Below are positions 35,412 through 44,788 of a stretch of DNA of 64,000 bases, piece after piece. A program made the translations under genes and the position numbers. Each line of letters starts with the position of its first letter. The stretch's first letter is position 1. The stretch is from Granulicella sp. (GTDB taxonomy: Bacteria; Acidobacteriota; Terriglobia; Terriglobales; Acidobacteriaceae). Under the pieces are notes generated by a model, which was not told the origin of the DNA, did not search any database, and saw only the letters and a program-made list of their open reading frames with translations. The stretch spans positions 1,066-65,065 of the forward strand of contig JANYLK010000030.1 of the NCBI GenBank assembly GCA_025357875.1. The letters run 5' to 3'.

Positions 35412-37142
35412 TCAACGGCTGGACGACAGCAGGTTACGCGCATGTTCCAGACTGGTATCGGTCAGCTTCGCGCCGCTCAGCATCCGCGCCACCTCACGCG
35501 CCCGCTCGTCCTCTTCCATCCGTCGGATGCTCGTACGCGTCCGCCCGCCTTTGTCCGCCTTCTCAATGAGGAAATGCTGATCCGCGAACGCCGCTATCTG
35601 TGGTAGGTGCGTGATGCACACCACCTGCTGCCTCTTCGAAAGCGTCTTAAGTTTGCGCCCCACCGCCTCTGCTGCCCGCCCACCAATGCCGATGTCGATC
35701 TCATCAAAAACCAGCATCCGCGGCGTAGGCAGCGCTCGCAGCATGGGAGAGGCCGCTTTCTTCCGCCCGTGTCCAGCAGCCCCAGCCGCAAAGCTTTCCT
35801 CCACCGTCACCTTCAGCGCCAGCATCACGCGCGACATCTCGCCACCCGACGCAATCTGGTCCAAAGACTTGAGCGGCTCGCCCGCATTGGTCGCAATCAG
35901 GTAGTCAATCCGATCCCACCCATGCGCACTCCATCCGCCAGTCTCCTGCTCAGCCGTCACCTGAACCTTGAACCGCACCGACATTGCTAGATCGTTGATC
36001 TGCGCCGTTGCCAGCTTCTCCAGCCGCCCAGCCGCCGCAGTTCGCTTGGCCGTCAAGTCTGTCGCCGCCACTTTGTAGGCCGCCGCGTCGTGCTCCTGCT
36101 GAACTCGCAATTCAGCGAGCAGCTCATCGCGGTTCTCAACCTCGGCAAGCCTGCGCGCCGCATCTTCGCCAAAGCGAATCACCTCAATAAGCGTCTGTCC
36201 ATACTTCCGTTTCAGCCGATCGAGCGCTGCCAGCCGGTCCTCAATCTCCTCCAAGCGCTCCGGAGAGGCGTGAACCCTATCCGCAAAATCCCGAACGCTC
36301 GCGCTCACGTCCTCGACCGTTGCCTTCGCCGCGGCTAATTGCTGGGCCGGCTCAGCAAACCGCGCATCGTAGCGGGCCAGTTCCTCCACATGCTTCAGCG
36401 CCGCGGTCAGCGTAGTCTCGGCCGCACCCTCCGACTCGTACAGCAATTCATGGGCACTCATCGCCGCCGTGTACAGCTTCTCGGCGTTTGCGAGCACGCG
36501 TTTCTCCGCCTCCAACTGCGCGTCTTCGTCCTCCGCCACCAGTTCCGCCTGCGCAATCTCTTTCGCCTGAAACCGCCAAAGGTCCGCCATGCGCAGCCTG
36601 TCCTGCTCCGACGCCTGCAATTCATCCAGCCTCAAAGTTGTCGTTCGCCACGCCGCAAACGCCGCAGCAACGTCTTCCGTTGCGATCCCGCCAAACCGAT
36701 CCAGCAGCGCCCTTTGCTGCGCCTGATCGAACGACCCCAGCGTCTCGCCCTGCGTATGAATCAGCCCCAACTCCGGAGCCAACTCGCGCAGCACGGCAAC
36801 CGTTGCTGGCTGATTATTGATGAACACACGCCCCTTACCGCCGGCAGCAATCTCCCGCCGCAATAGGATGTCATCCGAGAACGCGCCCGCATCGATTCCG
36901 TTTGCGTCCAGAATCGCAGCCGCACCCGGGGTCGACTCAAACACGCATCCCAGCACTGCCTTCTCCGCGCCATGCCGGACAACATCGCTGGAAGCTTTTC
37001 CGCCCAGCAAAAGCGCCAACGCATCGATCAAGATAGACTTGCCGGCTCCCGTCTCCCCCGTGAGTAGGTTCAACCCCGGCCCGAAGCTGGCCACCGCCTG
37101 GTCGATCACCGCATAATTTTCCGCCCGCAACTCCAGCAGCAT
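35412..37142 (-). CDS. recN: DNA repair protein RecN
   Basis: MLLELRAENYAVID, Walker A TGETGAGKS, signature ASGGEMSR, Walker B LVFDEID..IGG and ITHLPQIA. Confidence 0.96.
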   Translation of the reverse strand: MLLELRAENYAVIDQAVASFGPGLNLLTGETGAGKSILIDALALLLGGKASSDVVRHGAEKAVLGCVFESTPGAAAILDANGIDAGAFSDDILLRREIAAGGKGRVFINNQPATVAVLRELAPELGLIHTQGETLGSFDQAQQRALLDRFGGIATEDVAAAFAAWRTTTLRLDELQASEQDRLRMADLWRFQAKEIAQAELVAEDEDAQLEAEKRVLANAEKLYTAAMSAHELLYESEGAAETTLTAALKHVEELARYDARFAEPAQQLAAAKATVEDVSASVRDFADRVHASPERLEEIEDRLAALDRLKRKYGQTLIEVIRFGEDAARRLAEVENRDELLAELRVQQEHDAAAYKVAATDLTAKRTAAAGRLEKLATAQINDLAMSVRFKVQVTAEQETGGWSAHGWDRIDYLIATNAGEPLKSLDQIASGGEMSRVMLALKVTVEESFAAGAAGHGRKKAASPMLRALPTPRMLVFDEIDIGIGGRAAEAVGRKLKTLSKRQQVVCITHLPQIAAFADQHFLIEKADKGGRTRTSIRRMEEDERAREVARMLSGAKLTDTSLEHARNLLSSSR

Positions 37143-37288
37143 GATTGCCTCATCCACAGATGTATCGCGAGGATAGCAAACGGTCGCCGCATTCGCTCGC
37201 ACACTAGACACCCGAATCAAATTTGCGGGAACCAACCTCGCTTCCCTCACCCGGTCACCCCGCCCACAACGCCTTACAATCATGGGTA

Positions 37289-38101
37289 ATGATGTTGCAT
37301 AACGTACCCTCCCCGCTTGCACTCGTCGCGTTTTTCTTTCAGGACGACGCCTCCGCGCCCTCTGCTCCGCTGGCCGCATCCAGCAACGCGATCGTCGAGA
37401 TGGTCCGCAACTCCGGCCCGGTCGCCTTCGCCGTTCTAATCATCCTGCTGGCCGCAAGCATCTTTTCGTGGTCGATCATCTTTTCCAAATGGAGACGCTT
37501 CAGCCAAGCCCGCACGCAGAGCAAGGGGTTCCTGCGCACCTTTCGCAAGTCCGGACGCCTCTCTGAAATCTCCACGGTCGCCGACCAGTTCCAACCCAGC
37601 CCTCTGGTCTCCGTCTTCAACGAGATCAATGACGAGTATCAGCGCCAGAGCGGTGGCCGGGGCATGCCACGTAATCCCGCTGCACTCGAGCGCGCTGCCC
37701 AGACTGCATCCTCCGAAGCGCTTACCGCGATGGAGTCGCGAATGTCGTGGCTCGCGACGATCGCCAACGGAGCCACCTTCGTCGGCCTCTTCGGCACCGT
37801 CTGGGGCATCATCGACGCATTCCATGGCCTTGGAGTCGCCGGCAATGCAACCCTCCGCGCGGTCGCGCCGGGCATCTCTGAAGCCCTTATCACTACCGCC
37901 GCCGGACTTGCGGTCGCGATTCCCGCGCTGGTCGGATACAACCAGCTCACCGCGCAACTCCGCGACTTCGCAGGGCGTATGGACGACTTCGGCCGCGAAC
38001 TCCTCAACGCAATCGAAAACGCGGCCATGCTGACTCCTCAAGCTCCGCTGGCCTCACCTCCTGAAGAGTTAGCCGCCCAGCCCCGTCGGAGGACGTTTTA
38101 G
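37289..38101 (+). CDS. tolQ: TolQ (MotA/TolQ/ExbB proton channel)
   Basis: Three TM segments; GLFGTVWGII and PGISEALITTAAGL. First gene of the tol-pal cluster; start approximate. Confidence 0.9.
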   Translation: MMLHNVPSPLALVAFFFQDDASAPSAPLAASSNAIVEMVRNSGPVAFAVLIILLAASIFSWSIIFSKWRRFSQARTQSKGFLRTFRKSGRLSEISTVADQFQPSPLVSVFNEINDEYQRQSGGRGMPRNPAALERAAQTASSEALTAMESRMSWLATIANGATFVGLFGTVWGIIDAFHGLGVAGNATLRAVAPGISEALITTAAGLAVAIPALVGYNQLTAQLRDFAGRMDDFGRELLNAIENAAMLTPQAPLASPPEELAAQPRRRTF

Positions 38102-38103
38102 CC

Positions 38104-38565
38104 ATGGCTTTCTCCACTCAAAGCAGAGGCCAGATCCGCACCCAAACTGCGCTCGCCGACATCAACATTACCCCGCTGGTCGACGTGGTGCTGGTGCTCC
38201 TGCTCATCTTCATGTTGACCGCGCCGGTGCTTCAGTCCGGCATCAGTGTCGCGGTGCCGCACACACGCTCCGTCAACCAACTCACTCAGCAGCGCACCGT
38301 CGTAACCATCGACAGGAATCAAAACGTCTTCCTCCAGGCTGGAAGCCGCAACGGCGGTGCGGACACGCCGATCAATCTTGAAAATCTGACCGCACAACTG
38401 CGCAGCGTAGGCACCGCCGACCCGACAACCCGCACCATTTACGTTCAAGCCGACGAGCGCGTTCCGTTCGGCGCCTTCGCCTCAGTCATGGATGCAGTTA
38501 AACGAGCAGGCATCACCAACATCAGCATCGTGACCCAGCCGATCCAATCCAAGACGGCAAACTAG
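38104..38565 (+). CDS. tolR: TolR (ExbD/TolR)
   Basis: ADINITPLVDVVLVLLLIFM and QADERVPFG motifs. Confidence 0.92.
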   Translation: MAFSTQSRGQIRTQTALADINITPLVDVVLVLLLIFMLTAPVLQSGISVAVPHTRSVNQLTQQRTVVTIDRNQNVFLQAGSRNGGADTPINLENLTAQLRSVGTADPTTRTIYVQADERVPFGAFASVMDAVKRAGITNISIVTQPIQSKTAN

Positions 38566-38590
38566 GCCACGAATAATAAGCGCCCTCAAG

Positions 38591-39388
38591 ATGACAGCTC
38601 AAACCACATCTCGCGGCTCGAGCGGCGACCCATTCAGTGGAGGCGTCGCCGGTTCCTTCCTGCTCCACGCGTCCGCAGTCGCACTCCTTCTCGGCTGGGC
38701 ATGGTTCTCCCACTCCGGGCAGAATTGGGGGAACAACGCCGCTACCGCAGGCGCGATCCAAGCCACCATGGTCAACGCGCTACCACTACCGCCCAAGCAG
38801 CCCGCCGATCCGAACAACGTCCTCGCCTCTGAAACACCCTCACCTGCGCCCCTTGCTCCCAAGCCGAAGACAGTTGAAGCTCCCCGACCTGACGCGATCC
38901 CTGTTCCCACCATCACGCCAAAGCCCGCGAAGCTCGCTGACAAGACCACGCCCGCGCCGCCGTTGCATCCGCAGGCGGTCAAGGTCGACCCGAACAAGGC
39001 GCAGACCGGCGAGACTACAGGCGTCAAGATCGCGATGAGCAGCACGCAGACCCGTGCCGGGACCACCAGCGTCGGGGTCGCCGATTCCAACTTCGGCACA
39101 CGATTTGGCTGGTACGTCGACCAGATCAAGCAAAAGGTGGCGTCACAGTGGTACACCAACATGCTCGACCCCCAGGCGACCGGCCACCGCGTCTACATCA
39201 CCTTTCAGGTGGAACGGGACGGGTCGGTTTCAGAGATCCAGATAGCCCAGCGCAGCGGAGACAATACGCTCGACCAAACCGCGCTAAACGCTGTCCGCCA
39301 CATTGACACCTTCGGACCTCTGCCCGAGGCGTACACCGGAACCCACATCAACGTCACGTACTACTTTGATCCTCCCCCCCACCCGTAA
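38591..39388 (+). CDS. tolA: TolA/TonB-family energy transducer
   Basis: N-terminal TM with SxxxH, a Pro-rich linker and a TonB_C-like domain (YVDQIKQKVASQW..SG...DQTALNAV). Lies between tolR and tolB. Confidence 0.8.
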   Translation: MTAQTTSRGSSGDPFSGGVAGSFLLHASAVALLLGWAWFSHSGQNWGNNAATAGAIQATMVNALPLPPKQPADPNNVLASETPSPAPLAPKPKTVEAPRPDAIPVPTITPKPAKLADKTTPAPPLHPQAVKVDPNKAQTGETTGVKIAMSSTQTRAGTTSVGVADSNFGTRFGWYVDQIKQKVASQWYTNMLDPQATGHRVYITFQVERDGSVSEIQIAQRSGDNTLDQTALNAVRHIDTFGPLPEAYTGTHINVTYYFDPPPHP

Positions 39389-40821
39389 TGGCCTCGACAA
39401 ACAAAGATTCATCGCACGCGTTTACCATAGAGACAATGGATAGCAACACCCGCACACTTCGCCAGCATCCCAGACTCCTCCGATACCCCGTCGTTCTTGC
39501 ATTGGCGCTGGCTGCAGCTCTTACGGTGCTCGTCCCTCGTGCTGAAGCCCAGGACAATATCTTTACCGGGACTAACTCCGGCGCAGGCTCGATCCGCATC
39601 GCCGTCGCCGACTTCAAGCCGCTTGCCGCCGATGCGCAGACGATCGCGCTCCGCCAAACGTTCGACGCAACTCTCTACGCCGACCTCGCCAGCGCCGGCA
39701 TCTTCGACATTGTCTCCAAGAGCCTTATGCCATCCGGCTCACCGGGAACTCCCGCCGAGATTCAACTACCCGGATATGCCAATGCGCCTGCGAGCGCTTC
39801 CTTCGTTGCCTTCGGCTCACTGACAGTGGCCGGTGGCAGACTGGTTACGAACGGTTTTCTCTTCGACGCGAAAAATCTCCAGTACCCGCAGGTTCTTGCC
39901 AAGCAATACAACGAAGAGCCTAGCGAGGACTCTTCCCGCCAGGTTGCCCACCGGTTCGCAGACGAGATCATCCTGCGTCTCGGCGGAGGCACCCCCGGCA
40001 TCTCCCAAACCAAAATCGTTTACGTCAAGAAGGCCGGCGCAGACAAAGACATCTGGATGATGGATTATGACGGTGCCAATCAGCACCAGATCACTCACCT
40101 CGGCACCTCTGCGATGTCGCCACGCATCTCGCCGGATAACTCGCGCCTCGCTTTTGCCTCGCTCGGCAAATACGGATTCCAACTCAAGATGTATTCGCTC
40201 CTGCTTGGCCGATATGTCAATTTTCCCGGTGGATCAGGCAGCGGTGCATCTCCAGCTTGGGCGCCCAGCGGCAATGAGATTGCATACTCCGCCGCTCCCA
40301 ACGGTGCATTCGATATCTGGATCGCCGATTCCAATGGCAACCTCGCTCGCCGCATCACCAGCTTCCGCGGAGGAAATGTCTCCCCTACTTACAATCCGAA
40401 GACCGGCGATCAGATGGCCTTCATCAGCGGACGCACCGGCCTTCCCCAGCTCTACATCATGAACTCCGACGGCTCCAGCGTGCAGCAAATGACCGACGGC
40501 GGCTACGCGTCATCACCCTCGTGGTCGCCTAACGGCCAATTCGTCGCCTTCGCGTGGGACCGCAAGTACGGCCCCGGAGCACCCGGTGGACAGGATATTT
40601 ACGTGATGGAGGTTGCCACCAAGAAGTGGATCCAGCTCACGCACGACTCCGGCCGATGCGACTTCCCCTCATGGTCGCCCGACGGTCGCCACATCGCCTA
40701 TGCGGACTCTTCCGACGGACGAGCTGAACACAACAGAATTTGGACGATGCTGGCTGACGGTAGCCAACGCCGGCCACTCACGGGCCCGGGCGCCGATATG
40801 CCCAACTGGAGCTGGAAATGA
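39388..40821 (+). CDS. tolB: Tol-Pal beta-propeller protein TolB
   Basis: IRIAVADF, AHRFADEI and repeated PxWSPDG (PD40) motifs. Confidence 0.93.
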   Translation: MASTNKDSSHAFTIETMDSNTRTLRQHPRLLRYPVVLALALAAALTVLVPRAEAQDNIFTGTNSGAGSIRIAVADFKPLAADAQTIALRQTFDATLYADLASAGIFDIVSKSLMPSGSPGTPAEIQLPGYANAPASASFVAFGSLTVAGGRLVTNGFLFDAKNLQYPQVLAKQYNEEPSEDSSRQVAHRFADEIILRLGGGTPGISQTKIVYVKKAGADKDIWMMDYDGANQHQITHLGTSAMSPRISPDNSRLAFASLGKYGFQLKMYSLLLGRYVNFPGGSGSGASPAWAPSGNEIAYSAAPNGAFDIWIADSNGNLARRITSFRGGNVSPTYNPKTGDQMAFISGRTGLPQLYIMNSDGSSVQQMTDGGYASSPSWSPNGQFVAFAWDRKYGPGAPGGQDIYVMEVATKKWIQLTHDSGRCDFPSWSPDGRHIAYADSSDGRAEHNRIWTMLADGSQRRPLTGPGADMPNWSWK

Positions 40822-40929
40822 CGTTCAGCATAGTTGTGACGCTGGTACGTCTTAGTCAACCTTCTGTCGACACCGCTGAATTTCAGTAACATCAAAAGTG
40901 ACGCAACCGTACGACCGTAGGAGAAGCCA

Positions 40930-41736
40930 ATGACATCAGCACGATCTTTCCAACCGCAAACTATTCGGACCATTTCGGTTCAAGCAGCGCTGTTGTTGAC
41001 CATCGCTCTGGCAACCGTCACCGGGTGCAGCCACAAGAACAAGACTCAGATCAATCCAGCGAGCCTTGGGCCCACAGTTTCTACAGCAACTACACCGGCG
41101 CCCACAGCTACATTTTCGGCCGACCCGCTCGCCATCGATCTTGGCCAGTCAGTCGTGCTCAATTGGCGCACCACCGACGCTACAGCGGTATCCATCGATG
41201 GCATTGGTAAGGTCAACGCCAATGGCACTCAGACAGTATCGCCGTCCACCTCTACCAACTTTCATCTCGTTGCAACTGGCGACGGTGGCACTGTTGAAGC
41301 TAACGTCCGAGTCACGGTTCGCATTCCTGTCGCTCCCACTGTCCCTACTGACACCACAAACCAGGGTTCGACGGCCGACATGGGCTCCGACGCAGTCTTC
41401 CATCAGAACGTCGCCGACATGTTCTTCGACTACGACAGCTATACCCTTCGCCCAGATGGCGAGACGTCCGCCGCCAAGGCCGCTGCCTACCTCGTTGCCC
41501 ATCCCGACATCCGCGTCGTCCTTGGCGGGTATTGCGACGATCGCGGATCGGCTGAATACAATCTCGCCCTCGGCGAAAACCGCGCCAACGCTGCCAAGAC
41601 CGCATTAGTAAACGCAGGAGTCGCGGCCAGCCGCGTCCGCGTCGTCAGCTACGGCAAGGAGAAACAGTTCTGCACCGACGAGGATGAGGCTTGCTGGCAG
41701 CAGAATCGTCGCGCCCAGTTCTCGCTTGACCGCTAA
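40930..41736 (+). CDS. pal: Peptidoglycan-associated lipoprotein Pal with an extra Ig-like domain
   Basis: Lipobox VTGC and OmpA-like motifs FFDYDS, GYCDDRGSAEYNLALGENRA, SYGKE and QQNRRA. Confidence 0.93.
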   Translation: MTSARSFQPQTIRTISVQAALLLTIALATVTGCSHKNKTQINPASLGPTVSTATTPAPTATFSADPLAIDLGQSVVLNWRTTDATAVSIDGIGKVNANGTQTVSPSTSTNFHLVATGDGGTVEANVRVTVRIPVAPTVPTDTTNQGSTADMGSDAVFHQNVADMFFDYDSYTLRPDGETSAAKAAAYLVAHPDIRVVLGGYCDDRGSAEYNLALGENRANAAKTALVNAGVAASRVRVVSYGKEKQFCTDEDEACWQQNRRAQFSLDR

Positions 41737-41797
41737 AGTTCTGTCAACAGCTTGTCCGCAGCGTAGAGCCGGACAACTCTACCAGAGGTAACAATTC

Positions 41798-42799
41798 ATG
41801 ATTAGACACCGCGCCCTAAAGCTCACCGGCCTGGCCGCCAGCATTTGTGCATTTGCCCTTGTTGCGACACCCGCCTTCGCCGTCAACAAGGACATGGTGC
41901 AGCTCCAGACCCAGATACAGGACCTGCAGGAATCTGTAGCCCACCTTCAGCAGTCCAACGACGAGCGCATGGGCGTGATGAAAGATCTTGTGCAGCAGAC
42001 TGCCGATTCGGTCAACAAGATGTCATCGGTGATGGGGACCCTCCAACAACAAATGCATACGCAGCAGGAAGCCGCGACCGGCAAGCTGGACCAGGTCTCC
42101 GGCCAGGTGCAGTCGCTCAACGATTCGCTCGATGAGGTCAAGGCTCGGCTCAATGGCATGGAGAAGGCTCTGCAGTCCGTGCAGGGCCAGCAGCAATCCA
42201 TCAACGCCGCATTGCAGAACCTTGGCCCTTCCGCAGGCTCGGCGCCGACCATATCTTCAGGTGGCGCAGGTCTTGTGGAACCATCCGCAGCGCCGGCTCC
42301 TCCCCCCACAGTGGCGGGAAGCCGTAAGCCATCTGCCGACATTGTGTTCCCCACGACCCAGGGCCCTCCTGCAACGGGCCCATCTGGATCAGCGCCGGCA
42401 GACGTGTCAGGCATTTATAAAAATGCTCTCAGCGATTACATGGCAGCCAAATATGCGCTCGCCACGTCCGAGTTTGGTGACCTCATCCACTCTTACCCAA
42501 GCGATCCACTCGCCGGAAACTCTTACTACTACATGGGCGAGATCGACTACCGCGCAGGCAAATATGCTGCCTCCGTCAAGGACTACGACCACGTCCTCGA
42601 CCAATACCCCGGCAACCCCAAGATTCCCGTGTCCCACCTCCACAAGGGGCAGGCTTTACTGGCTCTCAAAGACCGCGACGCCGGCATCGCCGAGTTCCGC
42701 GCCCTCATCCAGCGGTTCCCTAACTCCCCCGAAGCCGCACAAGCCCGCAGCAAACTAAATGGAATGGGCTTGCGGCCAAACGCTTCTCGTACCGAGTAA
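41798..42799 (+). CDS. cpoB: Tol-Pal system protein CpoB (YbgF)
   Basis: Signal peptide, coiled coil and TPR region (YPSDPLAGNSYYYMGE; YPGNPKIPVSHLHKG). Follows pal. Confidence 0.88.
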   Translation: MIRHRALKLTGLAASICAFALVATPAFAVNKDMVQLQTQIQDLQESVAHLQQSNDERMGVMKDLVQQTADSVNKMSSVMGTLQQQMHTQQEAATGKLDQVSGQVQSLNDSLDEVKARLNGMEKALQSVQGQQQSINAALQNLGPSAGSAPTISSGGAGLVEPSAAPAPPPTVAGSRKPSADIVFPTTQGPPATGPSGSAPADVSGIYKNALSDYMAAKYALATSEFGDLIHSYPSDPLAGNSYYYMGEIDYRAGKYAASVKDYDHVLDQYPGNPKIPVSHLHKGQALLALKDRDAGIAEFRALIQRFPNSPEAAQARSKLNGMGLRPNASRTE

Positions 42800-42901
42800 G
42801 CGCCGCCGTTGCAGTCCAAAGCCTCCGCTCGCTCGTCTAACCTACAAGGCAGAGGGTCGCAATCGTGTTGAGTGCATCCTGTCTGGAGAAATGGCAACCG
42901 A

Positions 42902-43372
42902 GTGAAAGAGCCCATCCGCAAATTGGACGAACACGGCAGCGGAAATGGCAAGCCGATACGGCTGGTCGTGGCGGCACTGATCCTGCGCACTCCGGCCGGA
43001 GCTGATGGCAGCGTCACCGAAATTCTTGTCTGTCAACGCAGGCCCGACCAACCAATGAGTCTCAAGTGGGAGTTTCCCGGGGGTAAGATCGAAGCCGGCG
43101 AAACCGCCAAACAGGCCCTCAGCCGCGAACTGGAGGAGGAACTGGGCATCGCCGCCGTGATCGGTCCCCGGGTCGCCCAGATCCGCCATCGCTATCGCAA
43201 CGGAGGCACCATTGATTTGCAGTTTTTCACCGTCCGGCAATTCGACGGTGAGCTCAGCAATCGCATCTTCAACGCGATGGTGTGGGCACCGCTCAGCGCT
43301 CTGCCTACCTACGACTTCCTTGCCGCCGACCTCGGCTTGATCCGCGATCTCTCCGAAGGCAAGCTGCTTTAG
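42902..43372 (+). CDS. NUDIX hydrolase (MutT-like)
   Basis: Nudix box GGKIEAGETAKQALSRELEEELG and WEFPGG. Start approximate. Confidence 0.9.
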   Translation: MKEPIRKLDEHGSGNGKPIRLVVAALILRTPAGADGSVTEILVCQRRPDQPMSLKWEFPGGKIEAGETAKQALSRELEEELGIAAVIGPRVAQIRHRYRNGGTIDLQFFTVRQFDGELSNRIFNAMVWAPLSALPTYDFLAADLGLIRDLSEGKLL

Positions 43373-43393
43373 ACACTCCGTGCTGCGGGAGAC

Positions 43394-44647
43394 CTACCCG
43401 CCCGTCACCTGGTTCCACATCGCCACCAGTGACAACACAATCACGATCCCTGCCGTAGCCCATGCGACCCAGTTGAACCAACGTGAGTTGGTGTGCGCGC
43501 CCATCAACTCGGTATTGTTGATCAGCTTCAGCATGAAGATCATGATCACCGGCAATAGTATTCCGTTCAGCACCTGCGAAAGGATGACAATCTTCACCAG
43601 TGGGAAACTTGGAATCAGGACAACGCCCGCGCCCAACGCGATCAGCAGAGTGAAAAACCAGTAGAAGAACGGGGCTTCCTTGAATCCCTTGTCCAGCCCG
43701 CTCTCGAAGCCCATCCCCTCGCACACCGTGTAGGCGGTTGAGAGTGGCAAGATCGACGCAGCAAACACAGAAGCATTGAACAATCCCGCCGCAAACAAAA
43801 TGAAAGCAAAGTCGCCCGCAAGCGGCTTCATCGCACCCGCCGCGTCGGACGGCACCGCGATGTCCCGCATACCGTGGACGTACAGCGTCGCCGCGCAGGC
43901 CACGATAATGAACCATGCCACCAGATCGGTAAATAAGCAACCTATGATTACATCCAGCCTCGACGCCTTATACTGGCGGATCGTGATTCCCTTCTCCACC
44001 ACAGAGGACTGCAGGTAAAACTGCATCCACGGCGCAATCGTTGTTCCGATTACACCGATCAAAAGGTAGACGTAGTCCTTATTTTTCCACGCCGAACGGG
44101 ACGGCAGAGTTACCGTCGCTCGCATCGCCTCGTGCCAGTTTGGCTGGCTTAGCACTCCCGCCACGATGTACGCAATGTAGAAGACGCTCGCTACTAGAAA
44201 TACCTTTTCCACACTCTTGTAGTCGCCCTTCACCACCAGAAGCCAAACAATCGCAGCGCAGATCGGCACGCTCAAATACTTGCTGACGTGGAAGAGTTGC
44301 ATGGAGCCCGCAATGCCGGAAAACTCCGCCACCACGTTGCCGTAGTTCACAATCACCAACAGGATCATCATGACAAAGGTCATGCGCAGACCGAACTCTT
44401 CGCGGATCAAATCGCTCAGACCCTTGCCGGTCACCACACCCATGCGTGCGCACATCTCCTGCACCACGATTAAGGCCAGAGTGATCGGAATAATCGTCCA
44501 TAGCAGCGTGTAGCCGAACTGCGCTCCCGCCTGCGAATACGTCAAGATGCCGCCGGAATCGTTGTCCACATTGGCCGTAATAAATCCCGGCCCAAGCACA
44601 GCGAGAAACAGAAGCAGACGGACTCGCCATACCTTCCACAGCTTCAT
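43394..44647 (-). CDS. NRAMP-family divalent cation transporter, non-canonical (Mg-transporter-like) clade
   Basis: About 11 TM. TM1 motif is DNDSGG instead of DPGN, and TM6 is GTTIAPW instead of AxxMPH. Confidence 0.85.
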   Translation of the reverse strand: MKLWKVWRVRLLLFLAVLGPGFITANVDNDSGGILTYSQAGAQFGYTLLWTIIPITLALIVVQEMCARMGVVTGKGLSDLIREEFGLRMTFVMMILLVIVNYGNVVAEFSGIAGSMQLFHVSKYLSVPICAAIVWLLVVKGDYKSVEKVFLVASVFYIAYIVAGVLSQPNWHEAMRATVTLPSRSAWKNKDYVYLLIGVIGTTIAPWMQFYLQSSVVEKGITIRQYKASRLDVIIGCLFTDLVAWFIIVACAATLYVHGMRDIAVPSDAAGAMKPLAGDFAFILFAAGLFNASVFAASILPLSTAYTVCEGMGFESGLDKGFKEAPFFYWFFTLLIALGAGVVLIPSFPLVKIVILSQVLNGILLPVIMIFMLKLINNTELMGAHTNSRWFNWVAWATAGIVIVLSLVAMWNQVTGG

Positions 44648-44788
44648 CCGGCCACCTCTACTCTCAACTCGTCGTTCATCAAAAACACTTTCCCATCGAG
44701 GGTCAAGAGGCCGAACTGCATCTCACAAAACATAGCCCTGGTTGCCCGCAGCTTCCTTGTCGGTGGGTAAAAATCTTTGTAAATCATC

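Noticed and set aside
37143-37288. LexA box (GTTC-N7-GTTC type) upstream of recN
   Set aside because: No matching direct repeat was found by eye.
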